Shown in pieces: positions 27,980-37,230 of a DNA stretch of 64,000 nucleotides; position 1 is the first letter of the stretch; the number at the start of each line of letters is the position of its first letter. The notes under the pieces were generated by a model. It worked only from the letters and a program-made list of their open reading frames with translations. It did no database searches and was not told the origin of the DNA. The position numbers and the translations under genes were made by a program. The DNA comes from a virus. The DNA lies in IMG/VR virus record IMGVR_UViG_3300011113_000642, positions 1-64,000 of that record. One strand, written 5' to 3'.

Positions 27980-28360
27980 ATGAGTAAAAAAGACTTTTCA
28001 ATATTATTTGAAAAAGTTGCCACCACATCTGGTACAAAAGATATAGCCTTGGTCAAAGGTTATAATGCGTATGCCCAATATATTGAAAATATTCTTAAAA
28101 CTCAAAAAGGTGAAATTATTTCAAATATGAGTCTCGGGTCTGATTACTATAATTACATTTTTGAAGGAACCGCCAACCGAGGAGCAATTGAAAGCTCTCT
28201 GGCGGCTTATATTTCTTCTGCAATCAAAAATATTTTTAATGTCCGCGTAACATTAAAAGTAGCTACCGAATCTTATTTTGAATTTTTAATCAACTATGAT
28301 ATTTCTGATGGGATTAATAAAATTTCAAATGCCAGCACTTTTATTGAAGTAGAGCTATAA
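27980..28360 (+). CDS. gp25: Baseplate wedge subunit
   Basis: IENILKTQKGE...GSD..YIFE; size and synteny. Confidence 0.75.
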   Translation: MSKKDFSILFEKVATTSGTKDIALVKGYNAYAQYIENILKTQKGEIISNMSLGSDYYNYIFEGTANRGAIESSLAAYISSAIKNIFNVRVTLKVATESYFEFLINYDISDGINKISNASTFIEVEL

Positions 28361-29439
28361 TGACATATCAACTTTCTAATTTAAACGTGGCCTCTTTAGA
28401 TTTTGATGATATTAAAACATCATTGATTTCTTTTTTACGTTCACAACCAGATTTAGCAGATATTGATTTTGACAACGATGCTAGCGCAGCAAACTTGCTT
28501 ATTAATATTTTAGCTACAGCAACGGCGTATAATGGGGTTTATGCACAATTTGGTTTTGTAAATTCTTTTGCAACAACAACCACACTTTTAAATAGCCTTT
28601 TGGGCATAGCTGCAAACAATTCTATTTTACTAGCACCTGTTCAGAGTGCCACTTCAACACGAACAATTACAGCTAGTGGGGCCACATTAGAGCCCTATAC
28701 AACGTTTAGAGCCATCAACCCATCGGGGGCTCAAACTTACTTTTATAATGTTGAACAAGTTCCAAATAATACAAGTAAGTCTATTACATTATATGCTGGT
28801 TCAAATGCTGTTAGCTACACAAATTATGATTACACAACCCAGTCTTGCCAGCTTCCATATAATGTTGATCCGAGAACAATTACTTTTTATGAAAATGTGT
28901 CTGGTACAACATTGGTAAATCAGTGGACAAGAGTAGATAAAGGTACCACTTCGACCACTAATAATAATAAAACATTTACTGTAATTAACGGGCCGCAGGG
29001 TTACATTGTAACAAACAACTTTTTAACCTCACAGACTATTGCGACCTCCAGCACAGTTCTTATTCAAGCTGTGACTTCCAATGGCACTCTTGGAAATGAG
29101 GCTACAATAAGCCCAGCAACAAATACAATTTTTGCAACAAGCGAATCTCCGTTTGGTGGATATAATTTGATTTCGGTAACACAAGCCCGATATAAACTTT
29201 TATTTAATGCAACTGGTCAAGATCGTTGTGTAACAATAAACGATTATGTAAATGCAATTTTAAGTTCTGGTATTAGTGGAACCAGTGATATAACAAAAAT
29301 TATAGTGCAAGCAGACTGCTGTATTCCAGGAAAAGTAAAAATATATGTTGATGGTTTGTCCAGCGCGGGACAAGCGCAATTGTTACTATACTTACAACCA
29401 AAAATTATAGTTGGCACTAATTTATCTTACGAACAATGA
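28360..29439 (+). CDS. gp6: Baseplate wedge subunit, shortened
   Basis: LDFDDIK.SL..FL..Q...DFD..S...LINILA and QDRCVTINDY motifs; only 359 aa. Confidence 0.75.
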   Translation: MTYQLSNLNVASLDFDDIKTSLISFLRSQPDLADIDFDNDASAANLLINILATATAYNGVYAQFGFVNSFATTTTLLNSLLGIAANNSILLAPVQSATSTRTITASGATLEPYTTFRAINPSGAQTYFYNVEQVPNNTSKSITLYAGSNAVSYTNYDYTTQSCQLPYNVDPRTITFYENVSGTTLVNQWTRVDKGTTSTTNNNKTFTVINGPQGYIVTNNFLTSQTIATSSTVLIQAVTSNGTLGNEATISPATNTIFATSESPFGGYNLISVTQARYKLLFNATGQDRCVTINDYVNAILSSGISGTSDITKIIVQADCCIPGKVKIYVDGLSSAGQAQLLLYLQPKIIVGTNLSYEQ

Positions 29440-30071
29440 TCACAGTATTCAACAATCAAAAAATTTCACTAGAAACCAAGATTAATTTATTGGTTGCGCG
29501 TGCTGCGGAATTAGCTGGCAGCGAATTTGAAAATCTTAATACAACCAAGTGGTTGGGTGATAATTTAACAGTTGAGTCTTTGTTTCAAGAATGGATAATT
29601 AAAGAATATAAAGCCAACACATCTAATGTAACTATTGTTCCAATTATTAAAAACTATTTAAGATGGCTTTTTAGTTTAGAATATGGCTATGGTGCCCAAT
29701 TAAATTGGGAAAATATTCGTGTTCCTTTGTTTATGAACTCTTTGTTTTTGGAAGCTTTAGCCGATTTTTATTTTCCAAATGCAAACTTTTCTCAAGAACC
29801 ATTAAAGTCTAAACTTCCAAATATTAGAAAGTTTGCCACCAAAGTAGATGATAATTATTTTAATGTAAAAGGGACCCCACAAGCCATTAAATACGTTATA
29901 TGTGCCTTATTGGGATTTAATGTGACGGATGTATATGTTATTACAACTACATATGCAAATTTTCAAATTAGTGTTGCAAGCGCCCAGTTAAATAATTTAA
30001 AAACTTTTGATTCTTTCTTAAAAACTTATGTATATCCTGCCGGGTCTGTTGTAAATTATACAACTTTTTAA
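29436..30071 (+). CDS. Baseplate wedge protein (gp7 N-terminal-like), short
   Basis: YF..KGTPQAIKY and YPAG motifs; follows gp6. Confidence 0.5.
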   Translation: MITVFNNQKISLETKINLLVARAAELAGSEFENLNTTKWLGDNLTVESLFQEWIIKEYKANTSNVTIVPIIKNYLRWLFSLEYGYGAQLNWENIRVPLFMNSLFLEALADFYFPNANFSQEPLKSKLPNIRKFATKVDDNYFNVKGTPQAIKYVICALLGFNVTDVYVITTTYANFQISVASAQLNNLKTFDSFLKTYVYPAGSVVNYTTF

Positions 30072-30073
30072 TT

Positions 30074-30526
30074 ATGATTAGTAAAATGATTATGTATGCT
30101 GCCTCCCTCGCATCCCGGGGGATTGGTAACAAGAAAACAGATATACCAACAAAGCAACTTAGAGTTTTATCTTGTTTTGGTGGTGTCTCAATTGAAAGTG
30201 CTTGTCCATTTTTAGCAAAATCTCAGCAGGATTCTACCAGACATTTTTGTACTAAATGTGGTTGTGGAGATAAACAAAGTACTTGGCTTATCCAAGAAGG
30301 AGACGAATATTCCAAGCTGGATTATCCCGTATTAAATTGTCCAATGAAAATGCCGGGATTTAGCAATTATGACCCAAATTTTTATACACAAGAAACTAAA
30401 GCAAGAAAACAGCAAATTGAAAATTTGAATCCAGAACAACTTTCAGTGATCCAAGTCACCATAGGTGCCAGTGAAACTAAAGAAAAGTTGATGGAAGAAA
30501 TAAATAAGGTTATTGAAAATACATAA
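30074..30526 (+). CDS. Cys-rich putative Zn-binding protein
   Basis: R..SC...CPFL...FCTKCGCGD...CP. Confidence 0.55.
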   Translation: MISKMIMYAASLASRGIGNKKTDIPTKQLRVLSCFGGVSIESACPFLAKSQQDSTRHFCTKCGCGDKQSTWLIQEGDEYSKLDYPVLNCPMKMPGFSNYDPNFYTQETKARKQQIENLNPEQLSVIQVTIGASETKEKLMEEINKVIENT

Positions 30527-30534
30527 ATATTTTC

Positions 30535-31368
30535 ATGGCCACACTAACCTCACGCCAACAATTTATAGATTATACGTTTAGAAAACTGGGAGCCCCGGTT
30601 GTCCAAATTAACGTAGACCCCGAACAAGCCGAAGATCGTTTAGACGAGTCTTTGGAATATATGCATGAACGTCACTTTGATTTTAATGAAAGAGCACAAT
30701 TTGTTGTTCCAATTACTCAAAACATATTAAACAACAAATATTTTGATGTGTCCACTTTTGGATATGCCGTTGGAGCGCAAGGCGTTACTTCAGCTTCTAC
30801 TGGTTTAACTGCATACTGGCCAGCTGCCGCTGACATACGCACAATTACAAAAGTGTATCGTCCCAGCGATCAGGCTGGAGATTATATGTTTGATTTGCGT
30901 TATCAAATGACCTTATTTGATTTCTTTGGTCTGTATTTTAATCAAGGTGGCTTGTCTCAAGGACCCATGGCATCTTATATGGAAGCCATGCAATACATTT
31001 CGTTGATTAACGATGTATTTAATTATCCTTGCTCTTATACCTATACTAAATCTACAAATCGCTTATTTTTAGAACTTGAAACAAGTAAACTACAACTGGG
31101 AAATTATTTAATGGTTGAAGCTTATGTTCAAGTTAATCCGGATTATTATACAAGAGTTTGGGGAGACCGTATTTTTCAAAGACATTATGCAGCAGTATTA
31201 AAGAAGCAATGGGCACAAAATCTTCTTAAATTTTCTGGAATGCCTTTACCCGGTGGAGCACAGCTAAACGCCCCAGCAATGATGCAAGAGGCGGCACGGG
31301 AATTAGAAGCCATAGAAATATTATTAACCAAGACACAAGAACTTCCACCAGATCCGCTAATAGGCTAA
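30535..31368 (+). CDS. gp13: Neck protein
   Basis: RKLGAPVVQINV...DRLDESL; KKQWAQNLLKF.GMPLPGG. Confidence 0.9.
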   Translation: MATLTSRQQFIDYTFRKLGAPVVQINVDPEQAEDRLDESLEYMHERHFDFNERAQFVVPITQNILNNKYFDVSTFGYAVGAQGVTSASTGLTAYWPAAADIRTITKVYRPSDQAGDYMFDLRYQMTLFDFFGLYFNQGGLSQGPMASYMEAMQYISLINDVFNYPCSYTYTKSTNRLFLELETSKLQLGNYLMVEAYVQVNPDYYTRVWGDRIFQRHYAAVLKKQWAQNLLKFSGMPLPGGAQLNAPAMMQEAARELEAIEILLTKTQELPPDPLIG

Positions 31369-31369
31369 A

Positions 31370-32047
31370 ATGGCTACAAACCCTTATATTAACTTAACTT
31401 CTTATGGTCCAGAACAAAAACTGATCGAAGATATTACAGTTGAATTGATTCAAGGAGTTGGCCAAGATTGTTATTATGTTCCAAGAAAGTATTTTAATAT
31501 AGACAAAATATTTGGAGAAGATCCAGCATCTTCTTTTGAAAAAGCCTATCAGGTTGAAATGTATATTCAATCATATAAAGGATTTGAAGGTACTGATGTA
31601 ATTACACAATTTGGTTTAGAAATTAAAGACAAAATATCTTTGCTTCTTGCACGAAGAAGATTTAAGGAAGAAGTTACCGATTTAGATAGCACAATAATAA
31701 GACCCAGAGAAGGTGATTTAATTTACTTTCCCCTTTCAAAGTCTTTATTTGAGATTAACTTTGTTGAACACGAAAATCCAATGTATCCACTTGGAAAATT
31801 GTATTCGTATCAAATAACTGCAGAACTTTTCACCTACAGTTACGAAACAATTGCAACAAACAATACGGCAATCAATTCTCCTTACACAAGCACAACAGCA
31901 GGTCTTTCTGGGTCTACTATCATTCCATTGGCCAACAATCTTGGTACTACTTATGGAATTAATGATGTGTTACATACTGAAGGTAATTCTTATGGCTTTG
32001 ATCCCAATGACCCCTTTAATGAAGGAGGATGCTCTGGGGGAGCATAA
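31370..32047 (+). CDS. gp14: Neck protein
   Basis: YVPR...GED..S.F; FGLEIKD; RPREGDLIYFP...FEINFVEHE. Confidence 0.9.
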   Translation: MATNPYINLTSYGPEQKLIEDITVELIQGVGQDCYYVPRKYFNIDKIFGEDPASSFEKAYQVEMYIQSYKGFEGTDVITQFGLEIKDKISLLLARRRFKEEVTDLDSTIIRPREGDLIYFPLSKSLFEINFVEHENPMYPLGKLYSYQITAELFTYSYETIATNNTAINSPYTSTTAGLSGSTIIPLANNLGTTYGINDVLHTEGNSYGFDPNDPFNEGGCSGGA

Positions 32048-32052
32048 CAATT

Positions 32053-32712
32053 ATGTTTGGTTATTTTTACAATCAAAATTTACGTAAATTGGTGGTAGCC
32101 TTTGGTTCTCTATTTTCTAATATAGAGATTGCTCACAAAGATCCCAATACTGGAACAAATAAAAATATTCGGGTTCCAATTCACTATTCTCCCCAAGAAA
32201 AGTTTATTCAAAGACTTTTGCAGCCTTCTTCTATTACTACAGGAACTAGAGTTGAAATACAAGTTCCAATTATTAGCTTCAATATAAACAATATTATTGT
32301 TGATAATGGGAGAAAGTTTAATCGATTTGCAAGAAACGATAGCGTAGGTGCCGGCTGTCCAGATGGTTCTGCAATAGAATCACAAATTCCGGTAAACGTT
32401 TCATTTAATTTATTTGTCTATACAAGGCACACAGACGATATGTTACAAATTGTGGAACAAATTATGCCATACTTTGTTCCAGATCACACCATCACAATGG
32501 ATTTAAACTCTGTACAGCAAAATGTAAATATTCCAATTATATTGGTTAATAATAATTTATCTGAAAGATATGATGGAGACTTTTCAAGTCGTAGATTAAA
32601 TATTGCGTCGTTTCAATTTTTGGCTAAGTCTTGGATTTTTGGAAAAGTACAAAGCGCAACAGGAATTACAGGCTTTGTAAGTGGAGCAACAACAGGCATT
32701 GTTTTTGACTAA
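32053..32712 (+). CDS. gp15: Tail sheath stabilizer/terminator
   Basis: MFGYFYN..LRK.VVAFG.LF; VPI.Y.P.EKF; QIVEQIMPYF. Confidence 0.9.
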   Translation: MFGYFYNQNLRKLVVAFGSLFSNIEIAHKDPNTGTNKNIRVPIHYSPQEKFIQRLLQPSSITTGTRVEIQVPIISFNINNIIVDNGRKFNRFARNDSVGAGCPDGSAIESQIPVNVSFNLFVYTRHTDDMLQIVEQIMPYFVPDHTITMDLNSVQQNVNIPIILVNNNLSERYDGDFSSRRLNIASFQFLAKSWIFGKVQSATGITGFVSGATTGIVFD

Positions 32713-32714
32713 TT

Positions 32715-33164
32715 ATGAGTATTAATAAAAATTTAAGCAAACTCTTTAATGTTGGTGAGTTAAAAAACGAACCAACAAATAAAAATCTTGTTGGTGGTAC
32801 TTTTGATTCAGAATCCTTTCAAAAAGATTATGAATTAGTAAGATCCAATTTAAAAGACTTAATAGGAAATGGAAACACAGCATTAGAATCTGCTTTAAAA
32901 GTAGCTACTGAATCCGATAGCCCAAGGGCTTATGAAGTTGTGGCTATTCTTTTAAAGACAATGGCCGATTTAAACAATAATGTTCTGGATGTTCATAAAA
33001 AAGCAAAAGATACAACGGCGGCACCAGCTACAAAAATCACACAAACAAACAATTCAGTATTTGTGGGATCAACCAAAGATTTACAAAATCTTTTAAATAA
33101 AGAAAGAAGCACCGAAAAAATTATCGATGCAGAGGTTGTGAATGATGAACCAAAACAAAAATAA
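32715..33164 (+). CDS. gp16: Terminase small subunit
   Basis: DYE..R.NL; ESDSPRAYEV; NNSVFVGSTKDLQ. Confidence 0.9.
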   Translation: MSINKNLSKLFNVGELKNEPTNKNLVGGTFDSESFQKDYELVRSNLKDLIGNGNTALESALKVATESDSPRAYEVVAILLKTMADLNNNVLDVHKKAKDTTAAPATKITQTNNSVFVGSTKDLQNLLNKERSTEKIIDAEVVNDEPKQK

Positions 33165-34800
33165 TCAGGGTTATCGGAATAATCCTAAACTTAAGCCCCC
33201 CGGCGTAGAGTTACAATATTCAAAAGAAGAGTTGAACGAGTACATTAAGTGTGCCAAGGATCCTGTTTATTTTTGTAGTAAATATGTAAAGGTAAAAACT
33301 CTTGATAAAGGTGTTATGCCATTTAAATTGTATGATTATCAAGAAACATTTGTTCGTAAAATTCATGAAAATAGATTTGTAATTTCTAAATGGCCCAGGC
33401 AATCGGGTAAATCTACCTCCGTAATTGGTTATATTTGTCATTATGTTACATTTAATCAAAGCGTAAATGTCGCCATTCTCGCAAATAAATTAAAAACCGC
33501 AAAGGATGAGTTGTTTGCAAAATTACAATTAGCTTATGAAAACTTACCACAATTTTTACAGCAGGGTGTTGTAGAGTGGAATAAAACAAGTTTTAAGCTA
33601 GAAAATGGTTCAAGAGTTGTCTGCGATGCAACATCTTCGTCTGCTATTCGTGGTGGTTCTTATAACCTTTTGCTATTGGATGAATATGCCTTCTTGCCAT
33701 CTCATATAGCAGAAGAATTTTATTCGTCAACTTATCCCACCATTTCTGCTGGTACTACGACAAAACTTATTATTGTATCTACGCCAAATGGCATGAATCA
33801 CTTTCATAAACTTTGGGTGGACGCAAATCGTCCTGCGGGCCACAAACTTAAAAATAAATTCGTCCCCGTGGAAGTAAGTTGGCGTGACGTACCAATTACA
33901 CCAGGCGGTCCAAAACGAAATGATGAATGGGCAGCAGAACAAATCGCCAATACTAGCCCCGAACAATTTGAACAGGAATATGGTTGTAGTTTTTTGGGAT
34001 CTTCAAATACATTAATTTCATCAACTAAATTAAATGTTTTGGCCCCAGAAGAACCAATTAGCGAAAATTCTGATGGTTACAGAGTTTATGAAACTCCACA
34101 AAAAGAAAAAACTTACTTTTTGCAGGCAGATGTATCTCGGGGGCAAGGGTCAGATTATTCGGCATTTACTATTATAGAAGCAAATAGTACTCCGTATAAA
34201 GTAGTAGCCACTTACAGAAATAATACAATTAGCCCTTTTAATTTTCCAACAGTAATATTAAATGCTGCCAAATCTTATAATAATGCCTATGTATTAATTG
34301 AAACAAATGATTTGGGTGGTCAAGTGTCAAACATTTTGCATGCAGACTTGGAATATGAAAATGTTCTTATGACAAAAGTTTTGGGTAGAAAGGGTCAAAT
34401 TTTATCTCAAGGGTTTGGTGGTATAGGAAAAAATGAAATGGGTATACGCACTACTGCCCAAACTAAAAAAATTGGTTGTGCCATTTTAAAAAGACTAATA
34501 GAAGAAGACAAAATTCTTTTAAATGATGAGCGTATAATTGCCGAGTTAATGGCTTTCGTTTCTAGATCTAATACATATAAGGCAGAAGAAGGACAAACAG
34601 ACGATTTGGTTATGAGTTTGGTGTTTTTTGCATGGTTAACGAGACAAGATTATTTTGCAGATCTTTTAGAGCAAGCAAAGTTTAATTATGAGGAAGCAAT
34701 GAAGCCGGAAGATGATAATATTTTGTTTATTCCTAACCAAAAAAATGATGATGATGAAAATGAATTTGTTCAGGGTGGTGTTGTTTGGTATCCCACATAA
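33142..34800 (+). CDS. gp17: Terminase large subunit
   Basis: PRQSGKST Walker A, LLLLDEYAF Walker B, VSTPNG, DVSRGQGSDYS, DDLVM. Confidence 0.95.
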   Translation: MMNQNKNNQGYRNNPKLKPPGVELQYSKEELNEYIKCAKDPVYFCSKYVKVKTLDKGVMPFKLYDYQETFVRKIHENRFVISKWPRQSGKSTSVIGYICHYVTFNQSVNVAILANKLKTAKDELFAKLQLAYENLPQFLQQGVVEWNKTSFKLENGSRVVCDATSSSAIRGGSYNLLLLDEYAFLPSHIAEEFYSSTYPTISAGTTTKLIIVSTPNGMNHFHKLWVDANRPAGHKLKNKFVPVEVSWRDVPITPGGPKRNDEWAAEQIANTSPEQFEQEYGCSFLGSSNTLISSTKLNVLAPEEPISENSDGYRVYETPQKEKTYFLQADVSRGQGSDYSAFTIIEANSTPYKVVATYRNNTISPFNFPTVILNAAKSYNNAYVLIETNDLGGQVSNILHADLEYENVLMTKVLGRKGQILSQGFGGIGKNEMGIRTTAQTKKIGCAILKRLIEEDKILLNDERIIAELMAFVSRSNTYKAEEGQTDDLVMSLVFFAWLTRQDYFADLLEQAKFNYEEAMKPEDDNILFIPNQKNDDDENEFVQGGVVWYPT

Positions 34801-34835
34801 ATTACTAAATATTTAAACGGTAGAGGAATACTTAA

Positions 34836-36146
34836 ATGGCCAACGACAAACTTAGCTCTTTTAATAGTAGCAATCAATTTTTTGTAGAAACCGCAATCAA
34901 TCCTTTAATCTGCGGTGTTCTAATGGGCAACACCTACAATGCAGGTTTTACTTTTAATGGAGTTTGTGGTCCCACTATGGATCCGGGTGGTATTTTTGGT
35001 TGGCTAATTTATAGCAGAACATCCAGAACCAATCCAGTTGGAACTACCGCAGATTCTTACATTACATATACAAATTCCCAAGATTTGGTTTATGATTTAA
35101 ATCAGTTGAGTGGGATAACAAATGCTCTATTGACCGGTTCTTCTGGTGGAAATACTCACGCATTTTTTACAAATAGAGGGACAGATCCGGCAAATTCAAT
35201 TACAAATATCGGAACATTGAATAACGGTATTGATTTCTTATTTGCTCTTAATTATTTGGCATACGGTGGTAATTTAGTTATTGCACCAAAAACACAAGGG
35301 CTGGATCAATATATTGCCGACAGTGATACTTATTTTGATGCAGTTGTTGCAAGAGAAGCTGGTGCCTCATTATGCCAATGGTTGGAAACACAACCCTATA
35401 CAATGGGAATTTTTCCAAGTATAGCAGTGGACGGTGTCACCGGACTTGGTATTACGATGGCAAATTACGCTTCGCTGTTCAGCAGTTCATCTTTGGTAAC
35501 AGGAACAACCGTTGCAAATAGAATTTTTAATGTTCGTGGCATAAAAACTGTTGCAGATCTAGACACAACAACCCTATATCCAAACAGCCGTTTGACTTAT
35601 GACTTGCCCGCATCAGTAGATGTAGCCGGTTTCTTTAACAGATCAAAAAATCAAAATAAGTTATATTTAACCGTGGCTGGTTTAGATTTATCTACCATTT
35701 TAAATGGAAAAATTTCAAACGGCTCTATTGATTGGTCCAACGCCATTAAAACAACACTAAGAACCAATAGGGTAAATTTCTTTGTAAATTATACTCAAAA
35801 CAATTTCTTAGGATCTGATTTAACTGGTGCAACTGCAAATGCAACAATTTTATCAGAAAATAGAATCGGCCCGGCAAATCTTAAAGTTGCTTTAAATAAA
35901 CTCTTAAATGATATTGGTTTGAAGTATTTGTACAAAATTAATAATGCTCAAACAAGAGCACAAATTACCGCAGAAATTCAAACTGGTTTAGATCCATTTG
36001 CTCCATTCATCGATACTACCAAGACACAAATTGTTTGCAACAATTCCAACAATACTGATAATGGTAGCTCTTTGACTATGCAAGTAGTAATTCAACCAAT
36101 CCTTTCAATTGAATCCTTCGGAGTCACTGTAACACTCACACAATAA
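34836..36146 (+). CDS. gp18: Tail sheath protein, shortened/divergent
   Basis: A.NYLAYGG.L; AG..R; L..NRVN; N...TR; IVCN.SNN; position between gp17 and gp19; 436 aa. Confidence 0.7.
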   Translation: MANDKLSSFNSSNQFFVETAINPLICGVLMGNTYNAGFTFNGVCGPTMDPGGIFGWLIYSRTSRTNPVGTTADSYITYTNSQDLVYDLNQLSGITNALLTGSSGGNTHAFFTNRGTDPANSITNIGTLNNGIDFLFALNYLAYGGNLVIAPKTQGLDQYIADSDTYFDAVVAREAGASLCQWLETQPYTMGIFPSIAVDGVTGLGITMANYASLFSSSSLVTGTTVANRIFNVRGIKTVADLDTTTLYPNSRLTYDLPASVDVAGFFNRSKNQNKLYLTVAGLDLSTILNGKISNGSIDWSNAIKTTLRTNRVNFFVNYTQNNFLGSDLTGATANATILSENRIGPANLKVALNKLLNDIGLKYLYKINNAQTRAQITAEIQTGLDPFAPFIDTTKTQIVCNNSNNTDNGSSLTMQVVIQPILSIESFGVTVTLTQ

Positions 36147-36694
36147 TGGCAAGCAACAATTCCATAATCAATTTTAAAACTGGTTTTAATGGCGGTACTC
36201 GCGCCAATAGATTTCGCGTTTATCCAACATGGCCAAATTTAGGTTCATTGGTCCCAGAACAAGAAGAGGCATCTTTTAAAATTGTTTCAGCTTCATTGCC
36301 GGCAACTCAGATTAATACCATAGTCGTGCCATACCGAGGTCGCCAAATTACATTTCCCGGTGACAGAATGTATAGTACCTGGGCAATTGGAATATATGAC
36401 GATGGAAACACCAAAACTCTTTGGAAAGGACTACATAAGTGGGCCGAAGAGATGGATGGTCACCTTACACACACCGTGGCTAATAATGATTATAGCTATA
36501 AAACATGGCAGACAACTTGGAGAGTCGAACAATTGAATCCAAACGGCGGTGTTTTAAAAACAATTTTTCTTGAAAAGTGTTGGCCATCTGTTATTGGTGA
36601 AATTAATCTAAACATGGCCGAAGTTGGATTTGTTGGCTTTAGTGCTACTTTAACCTTTGATTTTCTTAGAATTAAAGACAATTATAATTCATAA
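36146..36694 (+). CDS. gp19: Tail tube protein, copy 1
   Basis: GGTRANRF; ASLPA; VPYRGR..FPGDR.Y..W; WPS.IGEI.L. Confidence 0.85.
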   Translation: MASNNSIINFKTGFNGGTRANRFRVYPTWPNLGSLVPEQEEASFKIVSASLPATQINTIVVPYRGRQITFPGDRMYSTWAIGIYDDGNTKTLWKGLHKWAEEMDGHLTHTVANNDYSYKTWQTTWRVEQLNPNGGVLKTIFLEKCWPSVIGEINLNMAEVGFVGFSATLTFDFLRIKDNYNS

Positions 36695-36705
36695 TAAGGA
36701 AAATT

Positions 36706-37230
36706 ATGCTTATAAATTTTAAAGAAAACTTCAATGGTGGTACAAGATCAAATAGATTTCGTATAACTGGTAATTTTCCTTTTGGTGGCCAATTTACAGA
36801 TTATCATGTTAGGGCTACAACAATTCCCACAGTTTCTACTAAAAATTTAAGTTACGATTATTTTGGAAGAAAGTATTATTATCCGGGTGAAAAAGAATAC
36901 GGAACTTGGTCTTTTCAATCATGGGATGATATTGATGATAATAATATGTGGGGAAAATTGCAGCGCTGGCAGGATAGAATAAACAATCACGATACAAATA
37001 AAACAACAGATCTAAAAACTCAAAATGTTTATAAAGCCTACGATTGGTTTGTTGATCATCTAGATTTAAATGATAGAAGAGAGCCATTAAAAAGATTTAT
37101 TCTTCATGGTTGCTGGCCAGCAGCAATTCAGCCAGTTACTTTAAATATGGGCAGTCCAAACGTGTTAAATAGTTTTAACGTTATTATTGTTTTTGATTAT
37201 CTTGAAATTTTAGGTGTGACCAGAAGGTGA
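36706..37230 (+). CDS. gp19: Tail tube protein, copy 2
   Basis: GGTRSNRF; YFGRK...PGEKEYGTW; GCWP..I..V.L. Confidence 0.75.
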   Translation: MLINFKENFNGGTRSNRFRITGNFPFGGQFTDYHVRATTIPTVSTKNLSYDYFGRKYYYPGEKEYGTWSFQSWDDIDDNNMWGKLQRWQDRINNHDTNKTTDLKTQNVYKAYDWFVDHLDLNDRREPLKRFILHGCWPAAIQPVTLNMGSPNVLNSFNVIIVFDYLEILGVTRR

